Positions 1-11,836 of a stretch of DNA of 64,000 bases are shown here, piece by piece. The notes under the pieces were generated by a model that was not told where the DNA came from, searched no databases, and was given only the letters and a program-made list of their open reading frames with translations. Location: NCBI GenBank assembly GCA_951406725.2, contig OX597831.1, positions 43,710,001-43,774,000 of the forward strand, in the 5' to 3' direction. The translations under genes were made by a program, and so were the position numbers. The stretch's first letter is position 1, and every line of letters begins with the position of its first letter. Source of the DNA: Octopus vulgaris (Eukaryota).

Positions 1-249
1 TTGCGACGTCACAGGTGCCAAGCTGTATCGGTCTTTGCCTTTCTCTTGGATAACACTGGTGGTGTGGAGAGGGGAGGCCGGTATGCATGGGCGACTGCTG
101 GTCTTCTATAAACAACCTTGACCGGACTTGTACCTGGGAGGGTAACTTTCTAGGTGCAATCCCATGGTCTGTGTCGTAACCGAAGGGGGTCTCAGCAATA
201 ATAATGATGGACTCTCCATCAAGGACAACAGATGAGTGTTCAGCTTTTG

Positions 250-501
250 CCAACTAACCTGCACAAATGATTTGTTTATAATGATCAAATATATGTGCTG
301 TATATTACCTCACTCTGTCCATCAAATCAACGTTGCCTGAGCAGGTGCACAATGTACCACACATCAGGTGTCAAAGTGGTTGCCTGAACAATGTGAGATG
401 ATGTGTTTTGTTCAAGAATACAATGCACTACCCAGTCTAGGAATTGAAACCACAATCTTGCGATCGGGAGTGCAACACCCTAACCACTAGGCCATGTGTC
501 C
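250..501 (-). mobile_element. tRNA-headed SINE family E
   Basis: Minus strand begins GGACACATGGCCTAGTGGTTAGGGTG (A box) ... GGTTTCAATTCCT (B-box-like); related copies at 9622-9858 (-) and 11490-11760 (+). Confidence 0.7.
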
Positions 502-529
502 CCTCTAATAATAATAATTATAATAATAA

Positions 530-990
530 CCCTTTCCATTATAGGTACAAGGCCTGAAATTTGGGAGAGGGGGATAGTCAATTACACCGACCCCAGTACT
601 CAACTCATACTTATTTTATCGACCCCCTTCCCCAAAGGATAAAAGGCAAAGTCGACCTCGGCTGAATTTGAACTCAGAACAAATAGACAGACAAAATGTT
701 TCTAAGTATTTCACCCAACATATTAATGATTTTGCCAGCTCACTGCCTTAACAACAACAACAATAATAATAATAAACCTTTCTACTAAAGGCACAAGGCC
801 TGAAATTTTGAGGGAAGGGACTAGTTGAATACCTTGACCTCAGTGATTCACTGGTACTTAATTTATTGACCTTGAAAGGATGAAAGGCAACGTCAACCCC
901 GGCTGAATTTGAACTCAGAATGTAAAGATGGACAAAATGTTGCTAAGCATTTCAACCATTGTGCTTACGATTCTGCTAGCTCGCCACCTT
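530..990 (-). mobile_element. Two tandem copies of SINE family B with (ATT)n tails
   Basis: Copies at 530-749 and 776-990; shared core GTTCTGAGTTCAAATTCAGCC...GCCTTT also found at 14485, 14811, 60394 and 61569. Confidence 0.8.
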
Positions 991-1350
991 AATAATAATA
1001 ATAATAATAATTAGGGGAAATATATCTAACTGTTTTGCCTATGGCTTTATGTCTAATTATGATATTATTTAAAGCTGAGAGGGAGGAACTGACTTTGTAT
1101 TTGATATGATTTTGACACCACTTATTTCTGAGAGTAAATCACAGCAAGAACAATTTGGTCTTTGATCTCCCCCAAAGGCATAAAAAAACATAAATAAAAT
1201 ATAAAATATACCAATAACATGACTGTATTTGTGTTTATCATCTTTATTCTAACCACCTCTGTGACAACAATGTCATTTACCTCAGAAAGGAAATTTTAGG
1301 GAAGACGGTCAGGAATGCTTTATTGATATTTTTTTTTCTTTTCTGTTTAG

Positions 1351-1624
1351 TGTCAGCCAACTCATAATGTTTCTCAAGGCCTTTGAGACTGGTAGAGAGG
1401 AAAGAAGGAAGGAAGTTATGTGGAGGCGGAAGATCTACCTAGAACGCTTGCCAAAGAGTGGACTTACTCAAGACCCAGATGACGGTATTAAAGCTTGTGA
1501 TGGATTAATCCCACCACCCAAGAAGAGAAGCAAACCCTCGATGGCATTCCATAATATTTCTTTCTGCATATTCTTTTACACGTTTCAGTCATTTCACTGT
1601 GGCCATGCTGGAGCATCGCCTTAA
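1351..1624 (+). CDS. Candidate coding exon of an unidentified gene (VSQLIMFLKAFETGREERRKEVMWRRKIYLERLPKSGLTQDPDDGIKACDGLIPPPKKRSKPSM...)
   Basis: Strong acceptor TTTTTTTCTTTTCTGTTTAG ending at 1350. Only one frame stays open, over non-repetitive protein-like sequence with a PPPKKRSK NLS-like patch. The 3' end is uncertain (runs into a SINE). No homolog recognised. Confidence 0.5.
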
Positions 1625-2322
1625 AGGGTTTTAGCCAAAGAAATTGACCCCAGGACTTGTCCTTAGTAAGCCAGGTATTTATTCTATCGGTCTTTTTTGC
1701 TGAACTGTTAAAGTTATGGGGAGATAAACACATCAACATTGGTTGTCAAGTGATGATGGGGGGACAAACACAGACACAAAGACACACACACACTTAAATA
1801 TATATATGTATGTATGTATGTATGTATAATATAGTATATGTGATAGGTAAGTGTTGATTTCTTTTCAAATGGAATTGATGTTTAGGTAGCATTTTAACAG
1901 TCAATATTAGCCAAATTTTAAACGATAAATTTCTAAGCACATGAACTATGTGTCTTTTAAAGTAAGTTTGTTTACATTTGATAATATATCTAAACATTGT
2001 CCTCAAATAAATCAAATAAATTATTTCGTAACTCAAGACTAAAACACTTATTTTTCCTGACGAGATCTAATAATATACAGATTATTGCATCTTTTAAAGT
2101 TATAATTATTGGTGGTTCTTAAATATTGTTATATCGAAAAATATATATGTATGTAGAATATCTTTTTTGGGGGGGAGGATATTTTTCGGTTATTTTGTTG
2201 GTTGAAGTGGTTCCTTTTATATTCTTATAGGTATAATTTTTCATCTTTAAATTTGCATTACTTTTCGAATTGTAATACAAATAAAACAAACCAAGCCTCT
2301 TTTTAATTTTCCTTCTCCAATT

Positions 2323-2382
<60 letters not shown>

Positions 2383-2829
2383 GTCGTTGCCAGTGCCGCT
2401 GGACTGGTTCCTGTGCTGGTGGCATGTAAAAAACACCACTTGAGCGTGGCTGTCGCCAGTACCGCCTGACTGGCCCTCATGCCGGTGGCACGTAAAAGCA
2501 CCCACTACACTCTTGGAGTGGTTGGCATTAGGAAGGGCATCCAGCTGTAGAAACTCTGCCAGAAACTCTGAATGGGGCATGGTGCAGCCATCTGGTTCAC
2601 CAGTCCTCAGTCAAATCGTCCAACCTATGCTAGCATGGAAAGTGGATGGTAAACGATGATGATGATATACGATGGACTTCTTTCAGTGTCTGTCTACCAA
2701 ATCCACTCACAAGGCCTTGGTCGGCCTGAGGCTATAGTAGAAGGCACTTGCTCAAGGTGCCACGCAGTGGGACTGAACCCAGAACCAGGTGGTTGGGAAG
2801 CAAGCTTCTTACCACACAACCACACCTGC
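1572..2829 (-). mobile_element. SINE family A, probably one copy split into 3' half (1572-1792) and 5' half (2668-2829)
   Basis: Both halves match intact copies (e.g. 41425-41835); they are separated at the internal microsatellite by about 870 bp that include a family C element. Confidence 0.7.
2382..2666 (+). mobile_element. Retroposon family C (probable RTE-related 3' region, (GAT)n tail)
   Basis: TGGCAYGTAAAA..CACC units, GGAGTGGTTGGCATTAGGAAGGGCATCCAGCTGTAG core and GCTAGCATGGAAAG...AAACGATGATGAT tail, shared with copies at 10739, 19470 and 20210. Confidence 0.75.
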
Positions 2830-3129
2830 AATACTTTGCATTAAAAAAATTTTTTTTTTATAGTTCAGCTCAGAGATGAAGTAGAAGACACTTACCCAGG
2901 GTGGCATGCAATGGGATCGAACTTAAAACCAAGTAGTTGAGAAGTAAAATCTTAAACCCCACAGCAATACTTGCAGCCCTGTCTGTTGGTTCTTATCATT
3001 CACACCAAGGTCAGCCATTACCTTTCATCTGTTCAAAGCTAATAAAATGACTGGTCATTAGTGAAGAGTATCCCTCTTCTGTGAACATTTTAATGCCACG
3101 CTTAATTACAAGTAATTACCAAAATTATC

Positions 3130-3630
3130 ATTCCTCACTCCCCCATACCTGTCATCACCATCACCATCATTATCATCATCATCAGCAGCAGTTGCAGCAT
3201 CACTATTACCCTCATCACTATCATCCCAATTATCATCATTGTCGTTATCATCCTCATCACTCTCTTCATCATCATCATCATTACCCTCATTACTATCGCT
3301 GTCATTATCATCATCACTTCCCTCATCGTGACCATTACCCTCATCATTATTATCATCATCACCATCCTCATCATCATCATCACTGTCACCTTCATCATTA
3401 TTATCATCCTCATCATCATCATCTCTACTCATCATCATTACCATTGCCCTCGTCATTATCACCATAACCATTATCCTCATCATCACTTTCCTCATTAACA
3501 TCATTGTCATCATCATAATTGTCCTCTGCATCATCATCACCTTCACCTTCATCATCACCCCCCCTTCTCATCCTCATCATCATTATTGTTATCATTGTCA
3601 TCATCAACACTGTCATCATTTTCATCAGTA
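3130..3630. repeat. Degenerate (CAT/CAC/TAT)n trinucleotide array
   Basis: Directly visible; explains the overlapping His-, Asp- and Met-rich ORFs. Confidence 0.9.
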
Positions 3631-3655
3631 CTATGGTGCAAGAAATATAGTCCTG

Positions 3656-3721
<66 letters not shown>

Positions 3722-3912
3722 CACTAACAAAAACATTTTTGATTACTAATTGTAATTATTTTCAAAAAAATGTTGAGGCACAAGAGTGGCTTTATAGGTG
3801 AAGGAGTGGCTTTATAGGTGAAGGTGTGGATTTATAGGAGGAGTGGATTTATAGGCACAGGAGTGGCTTTGTATGCACCAGAGTGGCTTTTTAGGAGCAT
3901 GAATGTCTTTAT

Positions 3913-4080
3913 AGGTGTAGGAGTGGGTGTGTGGTAAGAAGCTTGCTTCCCAACCACATGGTTCCGGGTTCAGTCCCACTGTGTGGCACCTTGAGTAAGT
4001 GTCTTCTACTATAGCCTTGTAAGTGGGTTTGGTAGACGGAGACTGAAATAAGCCCATCATATATATATATATATACATAC

Positions 4081-4133
<53 letters not shown>

Positions 4134-4383
4134 TACATACATACACATATATATATATATATGTATATATATATGTGTGTGTGTGTGTCTGTTTCTGTCC
4201 TCCCACCATCGCTTGACAACCGATGTTGGTGTGTTTATGTCCCAGTACCTTAGCATTTCGGCAAAAGAGACGGATAAAATAAGTACTAGGCTTACAAAGA
4301 ACAAGTCCTGGGGTTGATTTGTTTGACCGAATGCAGTGCTCCAGCATGGCTGCAATCAAATGGCTGAAACAAATACAAAAATA
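3913..4383 (+). mobile_element. SINE family A, full length (tRNA head, internal (TA)n(TG)n, hairpin tail)
   Basis: A box GGAGTGGGTGTGTGG, B box GGTTCAGTCCC, body CCTTGAGTAAGTGTC...GTAGACGGAGACTGAA, tail GCTCCAGCATGGC...CTGAAAC; more than 14 copies in the window. Confidence 0.85.
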
Positions 4384-5773
4384 ACTGACCGAATATCTCA
4401 ACTTCTTCTTTCTTCCCTTCTCTCTCTCTCTCTCTCTCTCGGTCTCTCTTTGATGTCCTTATGAAATAAACCATCTTTGTTTTTTATGCTTAAATAAACC
4501 TTTTCTAATCATGTTAGCCTTGTTGTTATTCTGTGAGTTGCTCTTTTTTTTATATGAATAATGGTTTTTGATTTAGGTGCAAGGCCAGGGATTTTGAAAC
4601 GAGTTGGGTGAGTAAATAGCAATTTCAGTATTTTACGAGTCCTTTATTTTTACAGACCTCACTCCCAGCTCCAAGAAGGATGAAAGGCAAAAATCCACCT
4701 CAGCGGGATTTGAACTCAGAACATAAAGGGCTTGAAAGAAATATCACAATGCAATTTTTTTCTGATGGTCTGGACTGCATTCAGATAATGTAATCCCTGG
4801 GAGAGACAGCGATTATTCAATGAGCTGGCAACTAAGGGATCCCGAGAGGGACAAAAGCAAAGTTGATCTCAGTAGGATTTGAACTCATAATGTAAAAGAC
4901 TGGAAGGTATACTGCAAAACATTTTTTCCAATGGTCTGGGCTGAATCCAGATTATCTGATTTTCCAAAACAAATAAGCTTCATTCAATGAGTCAACAAGA
5001 GAGAGAGAGGTAGAGAGAGAGAGAGGGAGGGAGGGAGGGCGAGAGAGAGAGAGAGAGAGAGGAGAGAGACTATTAGTAACTGAAGCCCACAATGGGGCTG
5101 TAGGCACTCACTTGAGCCAACAGGGAGCTGATTACAGCCATTTGAGCCAACAAGAAAGACACTGCATGGTTGCTCGATCTGCTAGAAACAGCAGCCAAAT
5201 TTCCCTCCAATCATACTCTGTTACTTTGTAAAAAAAAAAAGAGGCAGAGGACGGGGAAGAATAATGTAGTTCTAGTTTCCCAACTAGACTATGCACGAAA
5301 AGAAAAAAGAAGGAATAGCCATGAATAGAACACCTTCGAGCAGTAAGAGTCTGTTTGATCAGAACCGACCTAGGATAAGTAATACCTAACATATCCTTCT
5401 CCCAGCAATAGTTTACAGCCACTGGTGCAGTGATACACAGCCCACCAATTTCTATTCTACCACTACTACAGTGGTCTCTGCTTTTCTTAAGTTTCTAACT
5501 CTGTGCTGCCCTCTACATCAGTGTTTCTCAACTATCTTTTGCCTGTGGACCCTTTTGCTTACTACTCTATTATTGTGGTAGACCTCAATTCTAACCCCGC
5601 TAGTCATTCAATGTTTAAAATACCAGCTTTATAAATACTTCTTTCAAAATTCCTATATCATTATCCACACATTAACTTGTGTAGGTTGAACTGTGTAAAA
5701 CATTAGAAAAAGAAACCTAGCTATTCCTTGCAAAAAAATACACTCAACGTAACATTTTTTCATGGACCCTTAA

Positions 5774-5993
5774 CCCTTTCGATACTAACTCCGCTGAAAC
5801 CGCCTCTGGCTCTGTAGTACAAATGTCTTGTTTTCATTAATTTTGAATTAAAATCTTTCACCAAACATTAGTCAGAATTAATGTTCCTAACACTAGCTCA
5901 ATGATAACTAAGTTATTTTACTAAATTCTTTGTTATATTTGAAATAATTGAGAGAAACACAGAGCATCTCAAAATAATACAGTAACGAAAGGG
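5774..5993. mobile_element. piggyBac-like MITE (220 bp)
   Basis: TTAA on both sides (5770-5773, 5994-5997); TIR CCCTTTCGATACT / AGTAACGAAAGGG matches 12/13. Confidence 0.85.
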
Positions 5994-6228
5994 TTAAAAT
6001 ACCATAGTAGATTCCCAATTTACTATTTTGCTCACACAGACCCCCTTTGATTACTATTTTATTCCATGTTTAAAAACTAGCTTTACAGATACTTCTTTTG
6101 AAATTCCAGTTTTGTTTTTCATACATTAACTTCTGTAGATTGAATTATGAAAACATCAGAGAAAGAAACTGACCTGTTTCTTGCAATAAATGCAGTCTAA
6201 GAAAAAATTTTTACAGCCCTTTAAAATA

Positions 6229-6738
6229 CCGTAAATCCTCGAGTATAATCCGCATTGTTTTCCCAAAATTTACAGGTCAAAATCCCTAGTGCGTATTACA
6301 CATGAGGTTAAAAATGAAAATTATTTTCCAAGCAATGTCAGAGTCTCTATTTGCTGTCCAGCAATGTTTATTCAGACGCATTTTGTGATGTCGGGCACGA
6401 AAATACCTTAAGCTAAGCCTGAAAGCAATGAAGTCATAAAAGAATCATCCATAACTTGCAGTAAGCAACATTTATTAAACGTTATTACTGTTATTTCTTT
6501 ATTTCCTGCAAACAAAATGCACAAAAGTGCTACACGTTTGCATTGTTATATACACAATAATAATAAAGGATGTTACCGTATACATTTTTACAAACCAAGG
6601 ACATTATATAGACCTCCTTGACTCATGTTAGAGAAAGGGTGCATATTATACACAAGGTTTAGGTTTTTCAGAGGTACAGCACCCTAAAATTCCCCTGCAT
6701 ATTATACTCAAGGGTGGACTATACTCGAGGATTTACAG
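6229..6738. mobile_element. Tc1/mariner/pogo-like MITE (510 bp)
   Basis: TA on both sides; TIR CCGTAAATCCTCGAGTATAATCCGC versus reverse complement CTGTAAATCCTCGAGTATAGTCCAC matches 22/25. Confidence 0.85.
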
Positions 6739-7269
6739 TACTACTTTGGACCCTCAATTTACTGTTTTGTTTGTAAGGATCCCTTAAAGTCTTACATGGA
6801 TCTTGACTGAGAGCTACTGCTTTACATAAACCAACTGAATGGAACGACATTGCTTATTTTCAATGTCTCTCCTGTGTTTTATTAAATATTTCCTCCAATC
6901 TTTCCTTCTTGGAATTAGATACCCACAAGACACTCCCTGCCTGTATTTTTTTCCTGACATGAACAACCTCTAAGAAGTTCAAACTGAATGCCAATCCATT
7001 TTCATCTCCCATTATGAACACTACTTTTATTCTCATTTTTGCCTCCTTAGATTAATACAGAGTATATATATTAAAAGAAAGGGGGTCAAATATATATATG
7101 AATGCATGTATATATGTATGAATGTATATATATATGCATGTATGTATAAGAATTTTGCAAAACAAATACATAAATGATAATATATATGTGTATGTATATC
7201 TTTATACATCTCTGTCTCTCTCATTGTTACACTCACACATACACACACACTCGCATGCACAAGGATCGC

Positions 7270-7318
<49 letters not shown>

Positions 7319-7447
7319 TTAGGAAGAATAATTAACTCTGGTACACATAAATTCTTCTAAGACCAATATTCTTACTCCTTGGTTGTCTCTTAGGAAAAAA
7401 AAAAGAAAATAATAATAATAATAATGATAATATAGATAATAATAATA

Positions 7448-7506
<59 letters not shown>

Positions 7507-8238
7507 TGCAAAACCAATATCGAGTGAGAATAAACTGCTTTATATCTGGTATATTTAATCTAGCATCTATTACCTAGAAAGAAAAAAAAAAGGGAAGCAA
7601 GCAAGAAAGAAAGAAAGGAAGAAAGAAAGAGAACACCTGGATAATATCACATTGATCCTTAAGACCATCATCAGCAATGACATTAATGGCTAACTGGCTT
7701 AGCTTATTGATCTATTCAATATCTGAATTATTATATAATGAGAATATTTAATTTAAACAGTGCTAAAATACTGATGGAAATCACACAGTAGCTATGTTCT
7801 ATTGTGTACGTTGCTAGTTGTATTCTAATTCATTTTAAAGCATTCTGAAGGTCAATGAAAATAAAGGTTTTAGAATATTTAGGTTTTCAAAAGAATATTT
7901 ACGATGATTAAATGCAAATATGAATTTATTTACTTCATATAAAATAATATTTCGAGTATTTTTTCTCTCTATTTTACCTTAAAAACAATATTATTTTCAT
8001 AATGCAATCTTTATTTTAAACACTATGATCAATATGCTTTGGTATATTTTTGAAAAAACATATAAATCTTTCTTTTTTTGTTCTTTTTCTTTCATTTTTT
8101 TTTTTGTCATACATTTTCTTGAAGTTATTAAAACACTTTGTTCTTTGTTATGCAAAAGTGAAAATTTCGCAAACAATGGCATTGATGATGATGATGACAA
8201 AATTTGCATAGCAAACAATTAAGAAAAATATTACTCAC

Positions 8239-8253
8239 GAAAAATGTATCAAA
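8239..8253 (-). other. Candidate 15-nt microexon TTTGATACATTTTTC
   Basis: Flanked by CTAAATTTAAAATATTTTCAG and GTGAGT; length is a multiple of 3. Could be chance. Confidence 0.3.
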
Positions 8254-8363
8254 CTGAAAATATTTTAAATTTAGTTTCTGATAATCATATATTTTTTTAT
8301 ATTTTAGACAATTTTGGGATGGGTATACAGTTTAAATTATTCATATCTAAAATCATACTTATG

Positions 8364-8444
<81 letters not shown>

Positions 8445-8771
8445 GTATATATATGTATATATATATTTATGTATATAAGGTATATGTATATATACATGTG
8501 TATCTATATATATACATATATATATATTTTCACACACACACATATATATGCATATATATTCACATATATACATATATATATGCATATTATGCATACATAC
8601 ATATATATATACAAGCATGTATATATACATGTATACACATATTGATATATACTTATATATATGCATATTATGCATACATATATATATATATATACACATC
8701 TATATACATTTATATATATATGTATATATATATATAAATATATACACACACACACACACACACATATATAT

Positions 8772-8802
<31 letters not shown>

Positions 8803-8989
8803 CACATACACACACACACACATATACACATGTAAAGAAAGTAAAATGATAAGGGAATTATGTTAGGAAGGTCATTAGCTTACAACCGCTTCTCTTATGG
8901 CATGCAACTCACTCACAGCTGAATGTGTGTGAAACACCTCATAGCTTAATCAGAGTTTCAAAAATGAGGTGCAATTTTATTTAGGAAAA

Positions 8990-9133
8990 TGCAGGAGTGG
9001 CTGCGTGGTAAGTGGCTTGCTTTACTAACCACACGGTTCCATGTACCTTGGGGAAGTGTATTCTACTATAGTCTCAGGCCGACCAAAGCCTTGTGAGTGG
9101 ATTTCATAGACGGAAACTGAAAGAAGCCTATCG

Positions 9134-9176
<43 letters not shown>

Positions 9177-9328
9177 TTCTGTGTTTGTACTCCCACCATC
9201 GCTTGACAACTGATACGATAAGTACTAGGCTTACAAAAAATAAGGCCTGGGGTCAATTTGTTTGACTAAAGGCGGTGCTCCAGCATGGCCACAGTCAACT
9301 GACTGAATGAAATAAAAGAATAAAAGAA
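8990..9328 (+). mobile_element. SINE family A (internal deletions)
   Basis: Matches the family A head, body and tail. Confidence 0.8.
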
Positions 9329-9502
9329 CTTAAATTTATGTGTATACACAGAAAAGCATTAGCAATGATAAAACCATAAGTGTATGTAGGAAATGAATTG
9401 TAGGTGTTGATGGAGGAGAAGCCTCTTCTAAAAGTAGAGTAAGATAAATTTTTATCACACATATATATATATATATATAAATATGTATGTATATATATGT
9501 GC

Positions 9503-9538
<36 letters not shown>

Positions 9539-9578
9539 TCATCATTATCATTATTATGCAAATATCCATATGTACATT

Positions 9579-9610
<32 letters not shown>

Positions 9611-9621
9611 AAAATATAAAT

Positions 9622-9855
9622 GTGCCCTTTTAAAGCCTACCCAGGCTCATGGGCCCGGTTTCCTGGTTTCTATGGTGTATGCGTTCCCTAGCTGGATGGG
9701 GTGCCAGTCCATTGCAGCATTACTCATTTTTGCCAGCTGTGTGGAGTGGAGCAACGTGAAATGAAGTGTTTTGGTCAAGAACACAACACGCTGCCCAGTC
9801 CAGGAATCAAAACCACAATCTTACGATCATGGTGCTGACACCCTAACCACTAAGC

Positions 9856-9858
<3 letters not shown>
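9622..9858 (-). mobile_element. tRNA-headed SINE family E
   Basis: Minus strand GTGGCTTAGTGGTTAGGGTG...GGTTTTGATTCCTGGAC, similar to 250-501. Confidence 0.7.
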
Positions 9859-9921
<63 letters not shown>

Positions 9922-9962
9922 AATACTTGGAGCTGAACGCAGATTGAACAGAAATCGTTTTA

Positions 9963-10051
9963 TTTCATTCTACACGTGTTTCGAAAGGCACAAATTACCA
10001 AAATCCGATGGAATAATGGGACCATATTGTGTCTTTCTCTTCAGGAAGAAA
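9963..10051 (-). ncRNA. Type I hammerhead ribozyme motif (in a ~180-bp insert between (TA)n tracts)
   Basis: TTTCTTC-CTGAAGA-[GAAAGACACAA...TTGTGCCTTTC, 10/11 bp]-GAAA-CACGTG-TA-GAATGAAA; canonical core, palindromic stem III, GUA cleavage triplet. Confidence 0.85.
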
Positions 10052-10096
10052 ACTTTTGATTAATCTACTACAAGATTATTCATCTTTCTATTTCAC

Positions 10097-10179
<83 letters not shown>

Positions 10180-10183
<4 letters not shown>

Positions 10184-10373
10184 CGCCATGATAGATCATT
10201 AGCCACTACACACATTTTTGTTTTTGTTTTCTCTCCTTGTTTTTTCTGTGTACCTTTCTGTAGAAGAGCGTAGGCTCGAAACGTAAAAGACTTTTTCTAT
10301 TCCTGAGCGCTATACTAATACATCTGTTTGTTTTGTACACCACCAGTCTTCGTCTTTTGTTTTTTTTCGTAAA

Positions 10374-10380
<7 letters not shown>
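10180..10380 (+). mobile_element. Short HHR-bearing Penelope-like/retrozyme-like element, family H1
   Basis: Four related copies (10180 +, 11836 -, 36424 -, 45660 +), each next to (TA)n and containing a minimal HHR. Confidence 0.7.
10254..10289 (+). ncRNA. Minimal hammerhead-like motif, variant core (H1)
   Basis: CTTT-CTGTAGA-A-GAGC-GTAG-GCTC-GAAA-CG-TA-AAAG. Confidence 0.7.
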
Positions 10381-10412
<32 letters not shown>

Positions 10413-10704
10413 CACATACAAAGTATGGGGGTTTAGTTCACAAGTGATCTAAATGAATAGTTATGCTAGGTGAGTGCCATGATGGATTACTAAGGCTCCA
10501 AAGTTGTAGCCAAGATGGTAGGTTATGGAGCCATTGCTGGTTTCCAATATAGCAGATATATAATTGTTAAACAGGACAACAAATATTAAGGTAACATTAT
10601 TGCAAAAAATTTTTTCCAATAATAATAATGTATATAACTTGAGATGTTTGCTTTGCCTTAATGTTTTTTGTCCTCTTTAACAATCATACACACACACACA
10701 CACA

Positions 10705-10738
<34 letters not shown>

Positions 10739-10739
<1 letters not shown>

Positions 10740-11215
10740 CATCATCATCATCATCATCATCATTTAACGTCCGCTTTCCATGCTAGCATGGGTTGGACGG
10801 TTCAACTGGGGTCTGGGGAGCCCGAAGGCTGCACCAGGCCAATCAGATCTGGCAGTGTTTCTACAGCTGGATGCCCTTCCTAACGCCAACCACTCCGAGA
10901 GTGTAGTGGGTGATTTTATGTGCCACCGACACAGGTGCCAGACGAGGCTGGTGGACGGCCACGCTCGGATGGTGTTTTTTATGTGCCACCGACACAGGTG
11001 CCAGACGAGGCTGGCAGACGGCCATGCTCGGATGGTGTTTTTATGTGCCACCGACACAGGTGCCAGATGAGGCTGGCGAACGGCCACGATCGGATGGTGT
11101 TTGTTACGTGCCCACAGCACGGAGGCCAGTCGATGCGGTACTGGCTACGGCCACGTTTGGATGGTTTTCTTGTGTTCCACCGGCACTGGTACCACAAAGA
11201 TACAAATTCCATTGA
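10739..11215 (-). mobile_element. Retroposon family C with internal ~62-bp minisatellite (3 clear units plus degenerate ones)
   Basis: (CAT)n tail at 10739; unit TTTATGTGCCACCGACACAGGTGCCAGAYGAGGCTGG...CGGATGGTGT repeated across 10915-11170. Confidence 0.8.
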
Positions 11216-11778
11216 TGTTCATCTATTTTGATTTGTTTTGATTTTGATTTTGATTTTGATTTATACATATAATAATGATGATGATAATGATGATGATGAA
11301 GACGATGATGATGATGATGATGAAGACGACGATGATGATGATGATTTCCAAATTCTGTACAAGGCCAGCAATTTCGGGGAAGTGGGTAAGTTAATTGCAT
11401 CAACCCCAGTACTCAACTGGTATTTAATCAATCAACCCTGAAAGGATAAAAGGCAAAGTCACCCTTGGTGGAATTTGAACTCAGAATGTAGTGGTTAGAG
11501 GTTGACCTGATGGTCATAAGATCATTATTACGATTCCTGGACCATGCAATGTAGTATGTTCTTGAGCAAAACACTTCATTTCACGTTGCTCTGTAATCTC
11601 TTCAACATGTGACATGTGGCACACCACGCACCTGTAAAAGCAATGTTGCTTTGATGGAGGGAATGTCTAATGGACAGCACATACATTTGATTACTATAAA
11701 CAAATTATCTGTGTAGGTTGTTCAGCATGAAACCGTGAAGCCATCATCTGAAGTTTGTGCCAGGTGAGTTCACAGTAC

Positions 11779-11835
<57 letters not shown>

Positions 11836-11836
<1 letters not shown>

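Larger units (their letters stand above)
5519..6819. mobile_element. hAT-like non-autonomous DNA element (host of two nested MITEs)
   Basis: Termini CAGTGTTTCTCAAC ... GACTGAGAGCTACTG; 8-bp flanks CTCTACAT (5511-5518) and CTTTACAT (6820-6827) match 7/8, the hAT TSD length. Confidence 0.65.

Noticed and set aside
1-195. GC-richer segment considered as an HDV-like ribozyme or retroposon end
   Set aside because: No nested double pseudoknot could be built by eye; single copy here and truncated by the window edge.
2057-2090. CTGACGA followed by a short stem
   Set aside because: No GAAA after the stem, so not a hammerhead.
3081-3736. His-, Asp- and Met-rich ORFs
   Set aside because: Translations of a trinucleotide array, open in several frames on both strands.
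10764-11231. ORFs with repeated CATDTGARRG units and CRISPR-like periodicity
   Set aside because: Internal minisatellite of retroposon family C; no unique spacers or cas genes, and the context is eukaryotic.
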